A DNA stretch of 59,653 nt, the filler included, from Piptocephalis cylindrospora (lineage: Eukaryota): the NCBI GenBank assembly GCA_003614145.1. It is 9 parts of 9 records of this genome, joined end to end, with 100 filler letters (N's around TTAATTAATTAA, not from the genome) between each part and the next. Parts side by side here need not be neighbours in the genome. Positions count along the whole stretch, not along the records: positions 33,261 to 39,795 come from KZ988278.1; positions 39,896 to 46,426 come from KZ988279.1; positions 46,527 to 53,051 come from KZ988280.1; 6 more parts are not named here. One strand, written 5' to 3'. The translations under genes were made by a program, and so were the position numbers. Positions 34,749 through 47,809 of this stretch are shown in pieces. The notes below the pieces were generated by a model that was not told the origin of the DNA, searched no databases, and was given only the letters and a program-made list of their open reading frames with translations. Positions within the stretch are counted from its first letter, which is position 1. Each line of letters opens with the position of its first letter.

Positions 34749-35342
34749 TCAAGCATAGTTCTTCATGGGCCAGTAGGTGCTGGGATCAACAGGATCAGCC
34801 TCTTGGCTCACCTTCCAAGCATATGGCTTCCCGGGAAAGGGAGGAAGCTTAGATTTGGTGTAGATGGGGCCCGAATGACTCTTGAGGGCATCCATCAGGG
34901 CATTTGGGGAGATCTCGGACACTTGGGTAACCTCACCCTCGGCCTGACCCACACTATGAGGAAGGGGAGGAGATGAGAAAAGACATGAAGGCACATCTCA
35001 CCCGGCAAAACACGACGTACAGAGTGGCAGAGGGGCCGGCAATGTAGGCGGCCACGTCCGCTTGAGTATACTGGGAGGCCAAAGGGTAGTTCCGACGGGC
35101 ATCTCGCTTATAATAAGGATTGTTACGAACGGCCGAGGCGTCATCGATGGGACGAACATATTCTGGCCTGGACCCAGGGGAGGGGAGGCGGTAGCCCTTG
35201 ACGGGCATGGAATCCTCCCAAGCCGGGTTCTATACAGACAAAAATGTGAGCATCTTTGAAGGGGGAGGAGGGCAGTTTAGACCAGACATACCACGACTAG
35301 AAGTTTGCGTAGATTACGCCAGAAGGGAGAAGTGGAGGACAT
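34749..35342 (-). CDS. NUZM: Complex I accessory subunit NUZM / 21.3 kDa (NDUFA7 ortholog, 3 exons)
   Basis: 'PFWRNLRKLLVV', 'YRLPSPGSRPE', 'NNPYYKRDARRNYP..TQADVA'. Confidence 0.8.
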
Positions 35343-37139
35343 GATCAGATGGTTGGTTCGACGGGGATGAGTGAGGGGAGAGACCAAGGAGCGAATAATA
35401 ATACGGAGGGAAGGAGATGTGGAGCCGTTATGGGGAAGGCGAAGAGGACGAGTATGGGTCGGAGAGGAGAGGGGAAATGGTCCTTTGTCCTTTCCACAAT
35501 CACCACAACAACATGATATTTCAGCAAATTGACCAAATTGGTCAACTTTGTCAAATTTGATGGATGGATTTCCTTGACAAGTCAAAGGAGAATCGACTGT
35601 CCTGTACATGATTAAAACCAAAGAACAGGTTGGGTTATTCCCCCTCTCGAATTTTTCAATGTAGTTTTGGATATGCTGATGAATGCTCGGTGCATTAAGA
35701 CCGTTCAATGGGAAGCGGTATCTTTCTCCCTTTCTATCGCTGCAAGCACATCAACCCCTGCATATTAAATATTTGAAACGCGATAGATAGGGCCTCCTAT
35801 CAGCCATAATGCTCTGGTGCACGCACCAAGAGGACATGAAGAGGTCGTTTGAGCCTAGGAGGAAGGAAGGGATGCTTGGCATGGATGATCGGTTTCCCCT
35901 TTTTTGCCCTGTCCATTGACCAGGAAAGCATGGAGTATTGGTCCCTGCCCATCTCTCAAACCAAACCTTACTTGGACCTTTTGACAGGGAGGCGGGTGTA
36001 CAAGATGATGAGATTTATTGTATCAGAATAAATGGAGGACGGTTGGATTCTTTTAGCCAAAGGAAGTGTGGGATGGGCAGTTCATTGACCTAGGAGAGAT
36101 AAAGGATGGTGGTACAACACGTGCAAGATACACTGTCCTTCCTGCCACATCCCATCCTTCATTGCTCATGCATCCACACGAACCCACGAGGTGGGACATA
36201 TCGATGCGCAGGGGAGAAGGAACGGAGGATGAGGGATCCGACGGCGCCGGAAGCAATCAATGATCCTGGCTAGGTGAGGAGAAGAGGGGGGGGGAGGGGG
36301 GTCAAGTTAGATGAGAGGTACCCCATCTTTCTGGAAGGGGTCCCATAACGACTAGGGGGGCACAGTCTAGCCGAGGAGTCCCTACCCCCTTTCCTCACCA
36401 GACATGGCCCTAGGCAAGGACGTGGTCATTCCTCTTTACCTATGGCCAACCAGCGATGGACCGGGGATCAGTTGGGGAGGGTGGTTAGACATGTACAACT
36501 GACTCATTCGGCCTTATGCAGTGGCAGAGGATGGGGGGATGGGCGAGAATGACACTTGGGATTGGTGCGAGCCATTTCATCTGTTCTTGAAAGTAGGATG
36601 GGAGGGGTGAGTATGTGAAGAGCGGAGAGGGCGTGATGAGCCGAGGGTAGGGCGCAGGTGGATCCAAGATGGGGATGAACGGGAGGAGGGAGTGTGCAGA
36701 TGATCCGATGGAAGATTGGGACGGGAGTGTCGGAGTTGTCGCCCTATCCGACGAGGAATCATGATAATTCTCCGACCATAGGTGTGGGGATGGGGGAGGG
36801 ACTCATTCTTGAGGGTTCCCTTTGCGCTACTCCATTTACAGTGAGTGTCCTCACTTCTCAGCCTCACTGGAGCATCTACACCTATTTTAAAAAGGCAAGA
36901 CCCCATTATTCTGGTATATAAGTAGAAGAGATGGGGCGGGTCAAGGGGAAGGAAGGAGAGAGAGAGTCTTGATGATCCATCGTCCCCATATCCGTTCATC
37001 TATTCCTCGTTCTTTTCATTCCACCTTAACCCACCCTATTTTTGTATCTTCCCCTCCCCCCCCCTCCCCTCCCCTCCCCCCACACACAGACTCTCGCCTC
37101 CCCTTCGCCTCCCCCCATCCAGCCTTTCTTATCTATACC

Positions 37140-38529
37140 ATGGGAAATCATGTGTCGAAGGATACAAGCTCATTGATGCGATCTCAAACCTCCTCCGGAG
37201 GCTATCATGGACGTCGGGCTGGAAGAAATTGGGGGGATTCCAATCGGCGTAAGCCATGGAGTACCCTATCAGGGCCCGAATTTAACATGTGAGTGACATG
37301 GAGGGCGAGATAGGGATGGGGCCATCTACTGACCTGCACCCTCCTCTGCTCATGCTTTTGGTAGTGTGCATGGCCGAAGATACCTTGCCACATCATCAGG
37401 TAAGGGTCATTACCCCCTGCCTGTGGATTCTCAAGAGATGGATCGGTCAGTAGTATGGATGAGTGGTGTGCAGCTTGCTCCGCTGGTTTGCTCATCCTCC
37501 TATCCTCTTACATACAGTCTAGAGGAACAGCATTATTGGATGCTTTTGATTTTAAAGAAGAATTATGCCCTTACCATGAGCGAGTACAATTTCCGACCCC
37601 AAACCATCCTTGATGTTGGGACCGGAAATGGGATATGGCTACTGGTGAGTTGAGGTTTGACGAGATACACGAGCCGAGCCATCTATTCATCCTTATCCCA
37701 TCTCATTTCATCTCATCCTATAGGAAATGGCTAATGAGTTCCCAGAGGCTCAGTGTGTTGGCGTAGATTTTGCACCTACCTTTCCCACCGAGATCCTTCC
37801 GCCCAATTGTACCTTTTTCCTCGGGAATGTTCTTGAGCGTATGTAGCTAGAGGGAATAGGATAAAATGAGAAGGAGAGAGAGAGAGAGAGATCAGGGAAC
37901 CCATGTCCTCATATCCTTCCTCTTCTCCGCATTCAGGCCTCCCTTTTCAGGATAATACCTTTGAGTACACCCACGAACGATTTCTAGGACTTGGTGTTCA
38001 GAGGAATCAATGGCCTTGGGTATTAGCAGAGTTGATGCGGGTCACGCGACCCGGAGGGTGGGTAGAGGTGATGGAGATGGATGGGGCCCTTCTTCATCCG
38101 GGGGTATGTGGAAGTAAGCTGAACGAGTGGAGCGCCACGATGAGGACTGACGGGGAAAATGAAGAGGAGGAGTGTGAGGAAGAGGAAGAGGAGGAAGTTG
38201 GGGGAGATTTGGAGGGGGAGTCCCTGGGCAAGTCAGCCCAAAGCCTCCATAAAGCCTTTCTCCGACAAGGCTTTACACAAGTCTCTGTACATACCGTAGA
38301 GGTACCTCTGGGATCCGTGCATGGGAGGAGTGGGGAGATGGCAGCTCGGGTGATCCAAGGCATCTTTACAGGCACCCGACCTTTCCTCGACAGTGCTCAG
38401 TGGCCCCAGGGCGTCTGGGATGATTTTTGGAGGGTATGGCATGAGGAGCTATCTGGGTCCGAGGGTGAATCCAAGGGGCCGACGAGCGTTCGGATTCTTA
38501 TGCTCTTTGGGCAAAAGCCCATGCGATAA
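37140..38529 (+). CDS. SAM-dependent methyltransferase, LaeA-like (5 exons)
   Basis: 'GRRY..YPLPVDSQEMDR|LEEQHY', 'ILDVGTGNGIW', 'GVDFAP..PPNCTF', 'LPFQDNTFEYTH..W..ELMRVTRPGGWVEVME'. Confidence 0.88.
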
Positions 38530-39347
38530 TGAATTTTTATCTTTCATGTTGTATTGTATCAGGTTTGCATTCCAAGTCTAGTGGCGTAGGTAGGTTGAAG
38601 TCTATCCAGCTGGAGAGAACGTCATGTCCTATCCTCACTATTCTTCCCATACACATGCTTTGCTTTACTTACTTCTTTCTTGCATGCCTAGATAATGAGA
38701 GGAGGGTATCACAAGCCCCATACCTGTGCTCTCTGCGTGATCTCGTGTCACCCCTACGATCTCACATGTCACCGTCTAAAGCCACCTCCTTTCTCTCTCA
38801 GGAGAAAGGATGAAGTGCATGGGAGAAAGTGGTGTGTGTATGCCGTGTGTATGTCTCACAGTCCGATCTGTATGTATCCCTGTCTAGACCTCCCCGTCCT
38901 GGTCATGATATTTTTCCCACGCGGATGCACCACTTACCGATCCTCATGAGGGGAAGGGGTGAAGCGGCTGTTTAAAGGGCCTCTTTAACTGAGGGGTCGG
39001 AGGCCAGGGATGTCACACTCCATTTTTAGCCCTGTCCTTCCTTTGATGTTGCTACCCCAACCGGGGAATATTCGAGTGGTGGTTTGATGGAGTGACACTG
39101 GGAGGTTTGAAAGGGTGTGCACATACGCTTAGACAACAGCAGTAACACGCTCTTTTCTGCTCACATGATGGGGAAAAGCGGACGGTCCGACTGGATTGTC
39201 CGCTTGGTGCACTTTTTCTCTCCATTGTCCGTTGTACAGACACCACCTGTGAAAGGAAGGAGGGTGAGGCAAGCCTCTCTGACCATCAAGCTGTCTCCCC
39301 CTATCCCCCCTTTCTTCAACCAGGCTACACACACATCGATGCACACA

Positions 39348-39395
39348 TACAGACAGACAAGCGGACAGACAGACAGACAGACAAGCAGACAGACC
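39348..39395. repeat. (CAGA)n microsatellite
   Basis: acagacagacaagcggacagacagacagacagacaagcagacagac. Confidence 0.7.
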
Positions 39396-39795
39396 AGCAT
39401 ACACATCGCTCCACATACAGCAGATATACACACACGCATACTGCCACACACACACACAATCATCTGGAACTGACGAATAAAGGGCGACACCAAAAGCCAA
39501 GGTAACAAGGCCAGGTTCAGGGATGGTGGTGATAAAAAGGACCGGTTGATTGCTCACTCACTTCTGCATCCTCTCGTCTCTTCTCCTCACTTCTCCCTTC
39601 CTCTCTCCATCCTTGTCCATCCGCTCCCTTATCTTTCGTGTTTCATTCCCTACCCTTCCTCCTCATCCTAGTACCTGCTATCTAGGCATCGAGCCCCTTG
39701 AACCTTGCTCTGTAACCACCCTTAGGCTCCTTGGCTCCTTCACCCATCAGATCATTGTTGTATGGGCTACGCCCACCGATAAAAGCACCCCAGTT

Positions 39796-39895
39796 NNNNN
39801 NNNNNNNNNNNNNNNNNNNNNNNNNNNNNNNNNNNNNNNTTAATTAATTAANNNNNNNNNNNNNNNNNNNNNNNNNNNNNNNNNNNNNNNNNNNN
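39796..39895. other. Artificial contig linker
   Basis: N44-TTAATTAATTAA-N44. Confidence 0.98.
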
Positions 39896-42800
39896 TCCTT
39901 GAGATCGTTTCCTCCCCGCTTGGCCCTATCGACGGTCTCTTCCTTGACGGCGGCTGCAGGATCGACGGAAGCGGGAAGGAGATGGGCAGTGGGGGGAGTG
40001 GGGGAGGGGCGATCCTCCATGAGGAAATCCCCCTGCTCATCACGGCCATGCGACGTGTGGAAGGGGGAATGGGTGGGGGGGGGGGGTTTCCCGTGCCCCC
40101 CCCTTCCTCCTAAAAAAAGGGGGAAGGGGTTGGTGTGGGGGGCCCCCCCCCCCCCCCTTCCCCCATCCCGAATCGCCAGGACTCATCAGCAGCAGCATCA
40201 TCCCCCCATCCTCGTGGTGTACGCGCCCCAAGTACTAAGAGGAGGAGAAGTGAGGAGGCACTCACCCCATAATAAGAGGGGAAAGGGAAAAAAGGGTAGA
40301 TTGTTGTTCTTGAAAAACAAGGTCATACTTTACGCACACACACACGCACACACATAACCAGTCAGTCATTCCCACAAGGGGAGGGGGACTGGGAGAAAGG
40401 GAAGGAATGGGTAAGAGGGTCTCAGAGGAAGGGAAGCCGGTCGGTCAATCGGACCCGAAACGCGCCGATGCGGCATGGGCGAAAAGTGTGCGGTAGTTCT
40501 CTCCTTACTCAGACACACGGCAAAGAAGAAGGACCGAGGAGACATGGCACACACACACGCACACCGGCCTGGATCAAGAAAGGAGTCCTAATTGGGTGGG
40601 TCCTGTCTAGGATGATGCTGATGGGGAGCGGGGAGTGGGCAAGACGTACTTGTCTTTAAGTTTGTGGGAGATGAAAACAGTCTGGGATCACTATAGAAGA
40701 ATAGGAGTGATCTATTTCTGGTGGCTGGGAAAGGAAGAGCGAGAGAAATGAATATTCGCATAAGGCCGGTCTATAGGCTGGGGGAGTGAGTGAGTGGCTT
40801 GGAGGAGGAAACGAGAGAGACAAGTCACATAGGATGGCCGTCAGGATGATAATGAGTGCTGCTGTTTATTATCAACGAGATGATCCAAAACACAGAAACG
40901 GCTTTGTGGGATGGAAAATAATATCAGTAAAGTGGATCTACTCCGTATCTCATATGCATCGAGAGGATCAAGAAAGAGGAGGCATAAAGAGAGCACACAA
41001 AAGTCAGGTCATGTGTGACAAGGCACGATGTACTCTCCTCAGTAGCCATTATGATAGTCAAACGAGATGATAGATGACATGCACATGTAGTCATCATCTT
41101 TTATGAGGTGAATATGGGATGATGGGCCCTCTGAGGAGGCGAGGGGGGGATCTACCTCGGTATCCCCCCTCGTAGATTCCCTGGGTGTTTGGAATGATGT
41201 ACACATGCATCCGCACACAGAGACACACAGAAGGCATGCAAGGAAAGGGGCTTTGGTGTTGATAAGGAAGATGCATACGCCTAAACCCTCGTTCCCCAGT
41301 CAGCGAGATGACTCGATACGATGAGAGACGTAAAGAACATAGATAGTTGGGTTGACCTATGCAGAGAGAGGCACTGACTTTTGAGAGGTGCTCCGTTTGA
41401 TCATCCATCTCCCCTAAGAATCGAGTGTGGGATGCCAGACTCGTCTCTGGCCTTTGCCCAGGATAAACAAGAAGGTGTGTTGTTATAGTGAATACTGGTC
41501 ACAGCACGCGTCGTCGTGCCATACGATAGACCCACAGGGTGTCCACGCGGTAGAGGTTCTACTTTTCTTCATCAAGACAAGGCATTGGGGCAGCATAGAG
41601 AGTCAGAGTCCCGGTACCCCATCGCCATGGGAATATCCACGAACGAATCACTCAAGTCATGGATCATGCTGGATCCATTGATACAAATGTGGATGGTAAT
41701 AGCCGGGGTGGATGTAAGTGCATTCATCATTTAGAGCAATGAGAGAGAGAGAGAGAGAGGTGTTTAAATGACGTCTTGCGTCAGAGGAATGTCATCTAAG
41801 TCTAGGGATAGGGGTTCACACATGCACACCGGGGAACTCAGTGAAATAGCTGCCATTGATCTGCAGCTCATGATGAAGCCTACCCATACCAAAGCCGAAA
41901 GAACGGCAGCCGACCTAAAAATTCTATTTTGGCCAGAGGCTCCTGAAGAATGCATAATCACTCGGGAAATAGGAGATGTTCTCATGCCACCACAGCCCAT
42001 CATTCATTAACCCTCCATCCTGCTTTAAAAATCTAAGCATGACATGCATTTACATTGAGCATCCACACACACTTTTCCTTTCCTATTCTTGAACAATACG
42101 CACCAAATATCCCGTTGTGGAGAGCGACGAAGGCGCAGCGTAGGCTACCTGCTAAGAAGTTGGTTAATTAGTAGAAGAGGCTTATTCAGGGCAAGGCAAG
42201 CATCATTGGCCCTGTTTGAAAGCTCAATAGAAAAAACAGATCAAGACGTCCGTCCGACACCCCTACACGGAGTGAATAAGTAGAAAATGCTTTGGACACA
42301 CATCATCCGTTCCCCCATCCAGGCTCATGGAAGGATGAGTGGGTAGATTGATCCTAGGTACATGCTCTGTGGCGCTTGACGCACTTTTCCTTTAGCATGT
42401 GAGCGTGAGGTTTCTCAGGGAAAGTGATTGGGGAGGAGGCAGGATAAGTAAAACCTCGATCGGAGACACTATCTCTGAAAAGAAAGAGGAGCGGAGAAAG
42501 GAGGACAGGCTTCACGTCATGACCCCACTCGCCTGCTCTATCCCCCTCTCCTTTGGTGATCTTTGAGAAAAGTGTTTCATTCGGATCCTGCTGTCAACGT
42601 TCTCTTTCATCTCCCCCTTTATTCTTGCTAGATCCATCCTACCTGGCTGATCATCGTCCTTGTCTATCTGCAGGAATACAGCTTCATGAGAGCCCTTTCA
42701 AGTCATTATCAGAAACTGATTAGAATAGAATAGATCACACACATCTACTTCGGGAGCCTCTAAGGCAGAGATTGATTGCCACTCGGATGAGTGGACCCCG

Positions 42801-44575
42801 TTTGAATGATAAATTGGTGACATTGACTAGAAACTCATATTCACGCCCAATCGCTTACGCTCTAGAGACCAGCCAAGCTTCAGCCTGGACGAAGGGTCGG
42901 CACCCGGCAGATATGAAGTCCCAAAGGGGATCAACTTCAACGTTATGATCCGCGCAACTATGCCGTCCTGGACTTTGTCACATTGCTGAATGAGAAGACC
43001 ATTTATGCCTTCATCTGAAATAAACCTCAAGGTAATGTCATTTCGCAAAAACAAGTATGATCGGACCGTCAGCCGCCGCCACAATGCGGAAAATATGTAT
43101 AATCAGAGGGAAGTAGACTTGATCAGGACCTATGGATCGTATCAAATCTGCATGCTCTTTGGCTTTATGCTGTACATAGGAAAAAATATATGCTGTCATA
43201 CACTATTTGGGGGATTGCATGGATGAAGAGTGCAAGAAACATGACGAGCCCCAATCCAAATTTCTCGCGGCCATTGAACCACACTTTCTATACAGATGAG
43301 GGGCAGGCTCCATTTATCCCTTTTAAGCCTACTACATTATAAAACGTGTTCCAGGAATTAGAATAAATTCGCATGCGATGCACAGCCCCATTTGGATATC
43401 GGTAACCCCATGCTTCCTCGCGCTGGTCCTCTTTACCAGATATCATAGGCAGGCAAGACCAAATTTGAGTATAGTATGATAAAGAGAGAGGAAACACAAA
43501 CCTTCCCAAGGATCATTACTTGGCCGCACGACCATTTCTACTCTCCTCCATAGAGATGAGGCTGCTTCCCGTGATGATCTCATGAACCTGATGCATCTGA
43601 AATGCGGCCATCTCCTCGGGAGAGAAGGTACCTTCCATAGATACTGTAGGAGATGATAATAATACGTGATTTGCTAGGTCTTTTTTTCGGCTTTGACGGG
43701 CCAGTTCGGTGGAGCCATTGGAAAGAAAGATGAGAATCACATCAAAAGACGCGGTATATTAAACGAGAAAGCGCGATTATACACTTTGTGACAGGATGGG
43801 GGAATGACCGATGCTGATGTATACTCTACACTAAGGTGGCATGCATCGAGGAGAGCGGCAGTGGGAAGTAGGGGAGGGGGGAAGTCCAGTCTTTAACACC
43901 GCGCCTATTGATTTGGATAGGGACAGGATAATTGTCTTTTTTGAGATGTAGAGGATTCCTCGCTCAACCTCAATGTACGCCCCTTTCGTGTGCGAATGCA
44001 TTTCCATCCAAATGAACATCCGCAACTCGCGCTCTTTTACTCAGACAGCGCTCTCTAAATCGAGGAAAGGAACTAAATATTATCCTTGTTTAGCTTGAAA
44101 GAAAGTACCTCTCTGCCCTTGTTCATGATGCTCAAGAAAGGATGAATGCGTCATTTACTATAAATATCCATCTCCCTCACTCTATCTCCCACTTCCTCGA
44201 TCGTTCTCCATATCTTTCCAAGATTCAAATGCAGCGTCACAGGAACATGTCATCCGAACGATACCTGTCAAAGATGGAGAATCGGCTAGTATGAAGGGGA
44301 CTCATCCCCCTCATGAACTTCTACGCGTCCAGTTTCATATGTAGCCTTTAGAAGTGTAGTAGATAAATCGCTCATTGTACCTTTACATCTCATATAAAAA
44401 ATAACGCGGTGCAATGCAGTCAAGAGTCATTTTTTCTCCTTGATGATATATCATAGCAGTACTTTTCTGCCAAAAAGGGGTCATCTCCTCATTAGGACGC
44501 ATCCTTTCCCCTTTGAGCTCTACAAGCAATCTAAAGACGGGTTTATCCTTCTACTCGCCATTGACAGTTCAAATG

Positions 44576-44582
44576 TATAAAT
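44576..44582 (+). promoter_or_regulatory. Candidate TATA box of the multicopper oxidase gene
   Basis: TATAAAT about 85 bp upstream of the ATG at 44665. Confidence 0.35.
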
Positions 44583-44664
44583 GATCCTTGAGTTCATCCA
44601 AATTATCCATTAAGCCCTTCACTCGCCATCCTTCCCTCTCTATCCATCCTCTACTACACAATCG

Positions 44665-46426
44665 ATGTACCCAATTCATCCATTACCGCTCATCGCCTTG
44701 CTCATAGCATCATCCCATGCCTCACTTGTGCCAACCTACCCTAACCGGTCGGACTTGGCTAGACCCTGGGTAGTAGATGAGTATTGCAAACTCCCTCTTC
44801 ATCCAGGGAGTGGAGTCATACTCGGGAACAATCCTCCCCCTACCTTTCCACCCCGCGACGACTATCCTGCTGAAGGATGGGATTATTCAAAGGGGTCTTA
44901 TGGGGATGGATATGATCACGACTATGGCCATGGGGATGGAGGTGGGGAGGTCCTTCAGTATGACTTTACCATCTCCAAATTCCCTGCTGCTCCCGACGGG
45001 TATCTCAGAGACATTTATGGTGTCAATGGCCAGTATCCTGCCCCACCGATCATCCTCAACAAGGGGGACAAGGCCAGTATCCGGGTCAAGAATCACATAG
45101 AGTTCCCTACTAGCATTCATGCTCACGGGATGCATCAGCGTGGTACCCCATGGTACGACGGGGTGACAGGAGGGACCCAGTGCCCCATTCCCACGGAAGA
45201 GACATTTACCTACGAGATCGACACGGCCTACCAGTCTGGGACAACGTGGTATCATTCGCACACATCTTCTCAGTACGTGGATGGGATCGTGGGGCCTCTC
45301 ATTATACGAGATCCCAAGGATCCCAATGGGCATCTGTATGACGAGGAAATCGTCGTGATCCTAACTGACTGGTGGCACACGCTATCCTCCAAGCTTCTTC
45401 GGGTTCTTCTGTCCCCCGAGGGCAATGGTAATACCCCGACGCCAGATGCTGGATTGATCAATGGGAAGGGTCGGTTTAACTGCTCGGCTCTCGCTGCCAA
45501 CAACATCACTATCCCCGAGGGCGAGTCCTGCTCGGACGATGCGCCTAGGGAGACGTTTAGGTTTGTCCCGGGTCGTCGGTATCGGCTTCGGATTATCAAC
45601 GCGTCGGGCGACACCAACTTTCATTTTTCGATCGATGGCCACCGTATGACAGTCATTGAGACGGATATGATCCCTGTGGAGCCCCACACCATCGACCGCT
45701 TGTCCCTTCATGTTGCCCAGAGGTATTCAGTGATCGTAGAGGCCAATGCGGAGGTAGACAACTACTGGATGAGGGCCGAGATGATGACCGATTGTTTCCG
45801 TGTCAACAATGCAATCTTGGATCCAATGGTCTTAGCCGAAGTTCGATACGATGGATCTGCCGTGGGGGAGCCGACGTCTGAGCCGGTCACTTCCACATCG
45901 CTCACTACTGGAAATTGTGAGGACCTGGACTTTCGGCTACTTGCTCCGGTCGTGCCTCAACGAGCCAAGGAACCTACCAAGCAATTCATCTTTAACGTGA
46001 CCTTCGGCCCCGATGACCAAAACATTACCCGAGCTTTCCTTAATAACGTCACCTACGACATTCGCCCCTACTCTCCCATCCTCAATGGAGTGCTCGAGGG
46101 TCAGACAGTCTTCCCCCCGGGGGAAAACGTTTATCTGCTAGAAAAGGATGAAATTGTGGAAATTGTGCTCAACAACCTTATTCCAGGCACTCATCCCTTC
46201 CATCTTCATGGACATGATTTTCAAGTTATCTCCTGGGTCAATTCCACTCTCTATGACCCTGTAGAGTCACCCAAGCTGTATAACCTGGATAATCCCATTC
46301 GCCGGGATACCTCTACTCTCCCTAGTCGTGGCCATACTGTGCTGAGGTAAGGCGAGAAGAGTGATTAGAGATGTACATACATATATATATGTGTGTGTGT
46401 GGGGGGGGGGGGGGGGGGGGGGGGGG
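44665..46426 (+). CDS. Secreted multicopper oxidase (laccase/ferroxidase-like, AA1), 3' truncated
   Basis: Signal peptide; L1 'SIHAHGMHQRGTPWYDG..TQCPI', L2 'GTTWYHSH..GIVGPLII', L3 'HPFHLHGH', 'NPIRRDT'; intron donor GTAAGG near 46347 then contig end, so L4 (HCH) is not seen. Confidence 0.93.
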
Positions 46427-46526
46427 NNNNNNNNNNNNNNNNNNNNNNNNNNNNNNNNNNNNNNNNNNNNTTAATTAATTAANNNNNNNNNNNNNNNNNN
46501 NNNNNNNNNNNNNNNNNNNNNNNNNN
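46427..46526. other. Artificial contig linker
   Basis: N44-TTAATTAATTAA-N44. Confidence 0.98.
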
Positions 46527-47809
46527 CACGTTGATAGCTAACTTCCTGGACAAAAAACTTGACAATGACATCCCTACCAACACTGCTGGTGGCTGTCCTG
46601 AGGGTCGACATACCCCCTTTGAACACTCCGTCACTCAGAGTATACTCGTCAATTTCAGTACCAGCGGCTGTTGGAATGGCTTAATACCGATATCACAATT
46701 AGAAAAAAAGGAAAGAGGGCACAATTTACCTAGGTCGGCTGGCTCAGCACCTTGCGCCTCGGCAACGGTCATGGTGGGTTTGAGAAGGATTTAAAAAAAG
46801 GGAGAGGGGAAGAAGGGATAGTGGGTAAAAGGGGAGAAAGAGAAATAAAATGGATGATGAATGAGATGTTTAAGGTGCGGGAAAGAGGTAGAAAGGGTAG
46901 AGCCTTTGCCTAAATCGCCGTATCAGGATGGACGACACCACCTAACCGACTGGGCGGAGTTGACGCGTCTGATTGACTTCGCAAGCAAGGCGGAGATGAC
47001 TTTGGATTCTATGAGGGCTGAATCCAGTGTGGATTTGATGAATCCTAGTCGCAGTAGCCATGGTCTTTGTGATAGCCTAAATGATCCAACCAAGTGTCTT
47101 AAGGATCAAACGCGAACCAAAGGAGGATCAAAGGTGAAAAAAGGAAGAGATAAATGGGAAGGACGAACTCCCCGGTATGGGAGTACTCTCCCTCGCTTCG
47201 TCACCTTGAATACTTTCTCAGATTATTCCCTAGTCGGTGCATCTCTAGGATAGGCCTTCTCAGCATGTGTCCTGTGATCAGAGCGCTCTTGGTTCAAATC
47301 ATATCCTGTACGCGGTTTTAAGCTTTCTTGTGCTCTTCTGCAATTACACCCACACACCTCATATCCATACCCATCTTCACGCCATACTCCTTCAGGAGAG
47401 CGAGCTCTTCCGATGTGCGGGCACCAACTGTCCCACAGATACGACTAATAGCCGTTAAGAGTGAGCAGCATTGCATATCCTGTTTAACCTTTACTGCTAC
47501 CTTTCCATGTCTTTTTCTGTCCTTCATTGTGCCTTGTTAGTACTTTGAGGCGAATATCAGGAGTCTGACGGGCATGAAAAATATTCGTGTCTATTTTGAC
47601 CTTCTCACGTCCCTACTTTCATTCCACCATGATCAATTCATGCCATGCTATAGGTGAGACGTTTAAGATACTCCACCATGAGGATCGAGTACCTCAAACA
47701 TAGATATTTATGTATCATAAGATCAAATGAAAGCGCCAATATATTGGGTGCAAGGTACAATGGAATTTAAGGGAGGTAGAGTAAAAAAGGGTAAAGATTC
47801 CGTTAAGTA

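Noticed and set aside
39129..39557. Cys/Val-rich overlapping ORFs
   Set aside because: Products of (CAGA)n and (CA)n microsatellites
39896..40330. Possible 5' end of a minus-strand gene (..MEDRPSPTPP..KEETVDRAKRGGNDLK)
   Set aside because: Short, truncated and broken by homopolymer runs; frame and start cannot be supported
37140..46426. Secondary-metabolite cluster of LaeA-like methyltransferase plus multicopper oxidase
   Set aside because: Separated by an artificial linker, and no backbone enzyme is present
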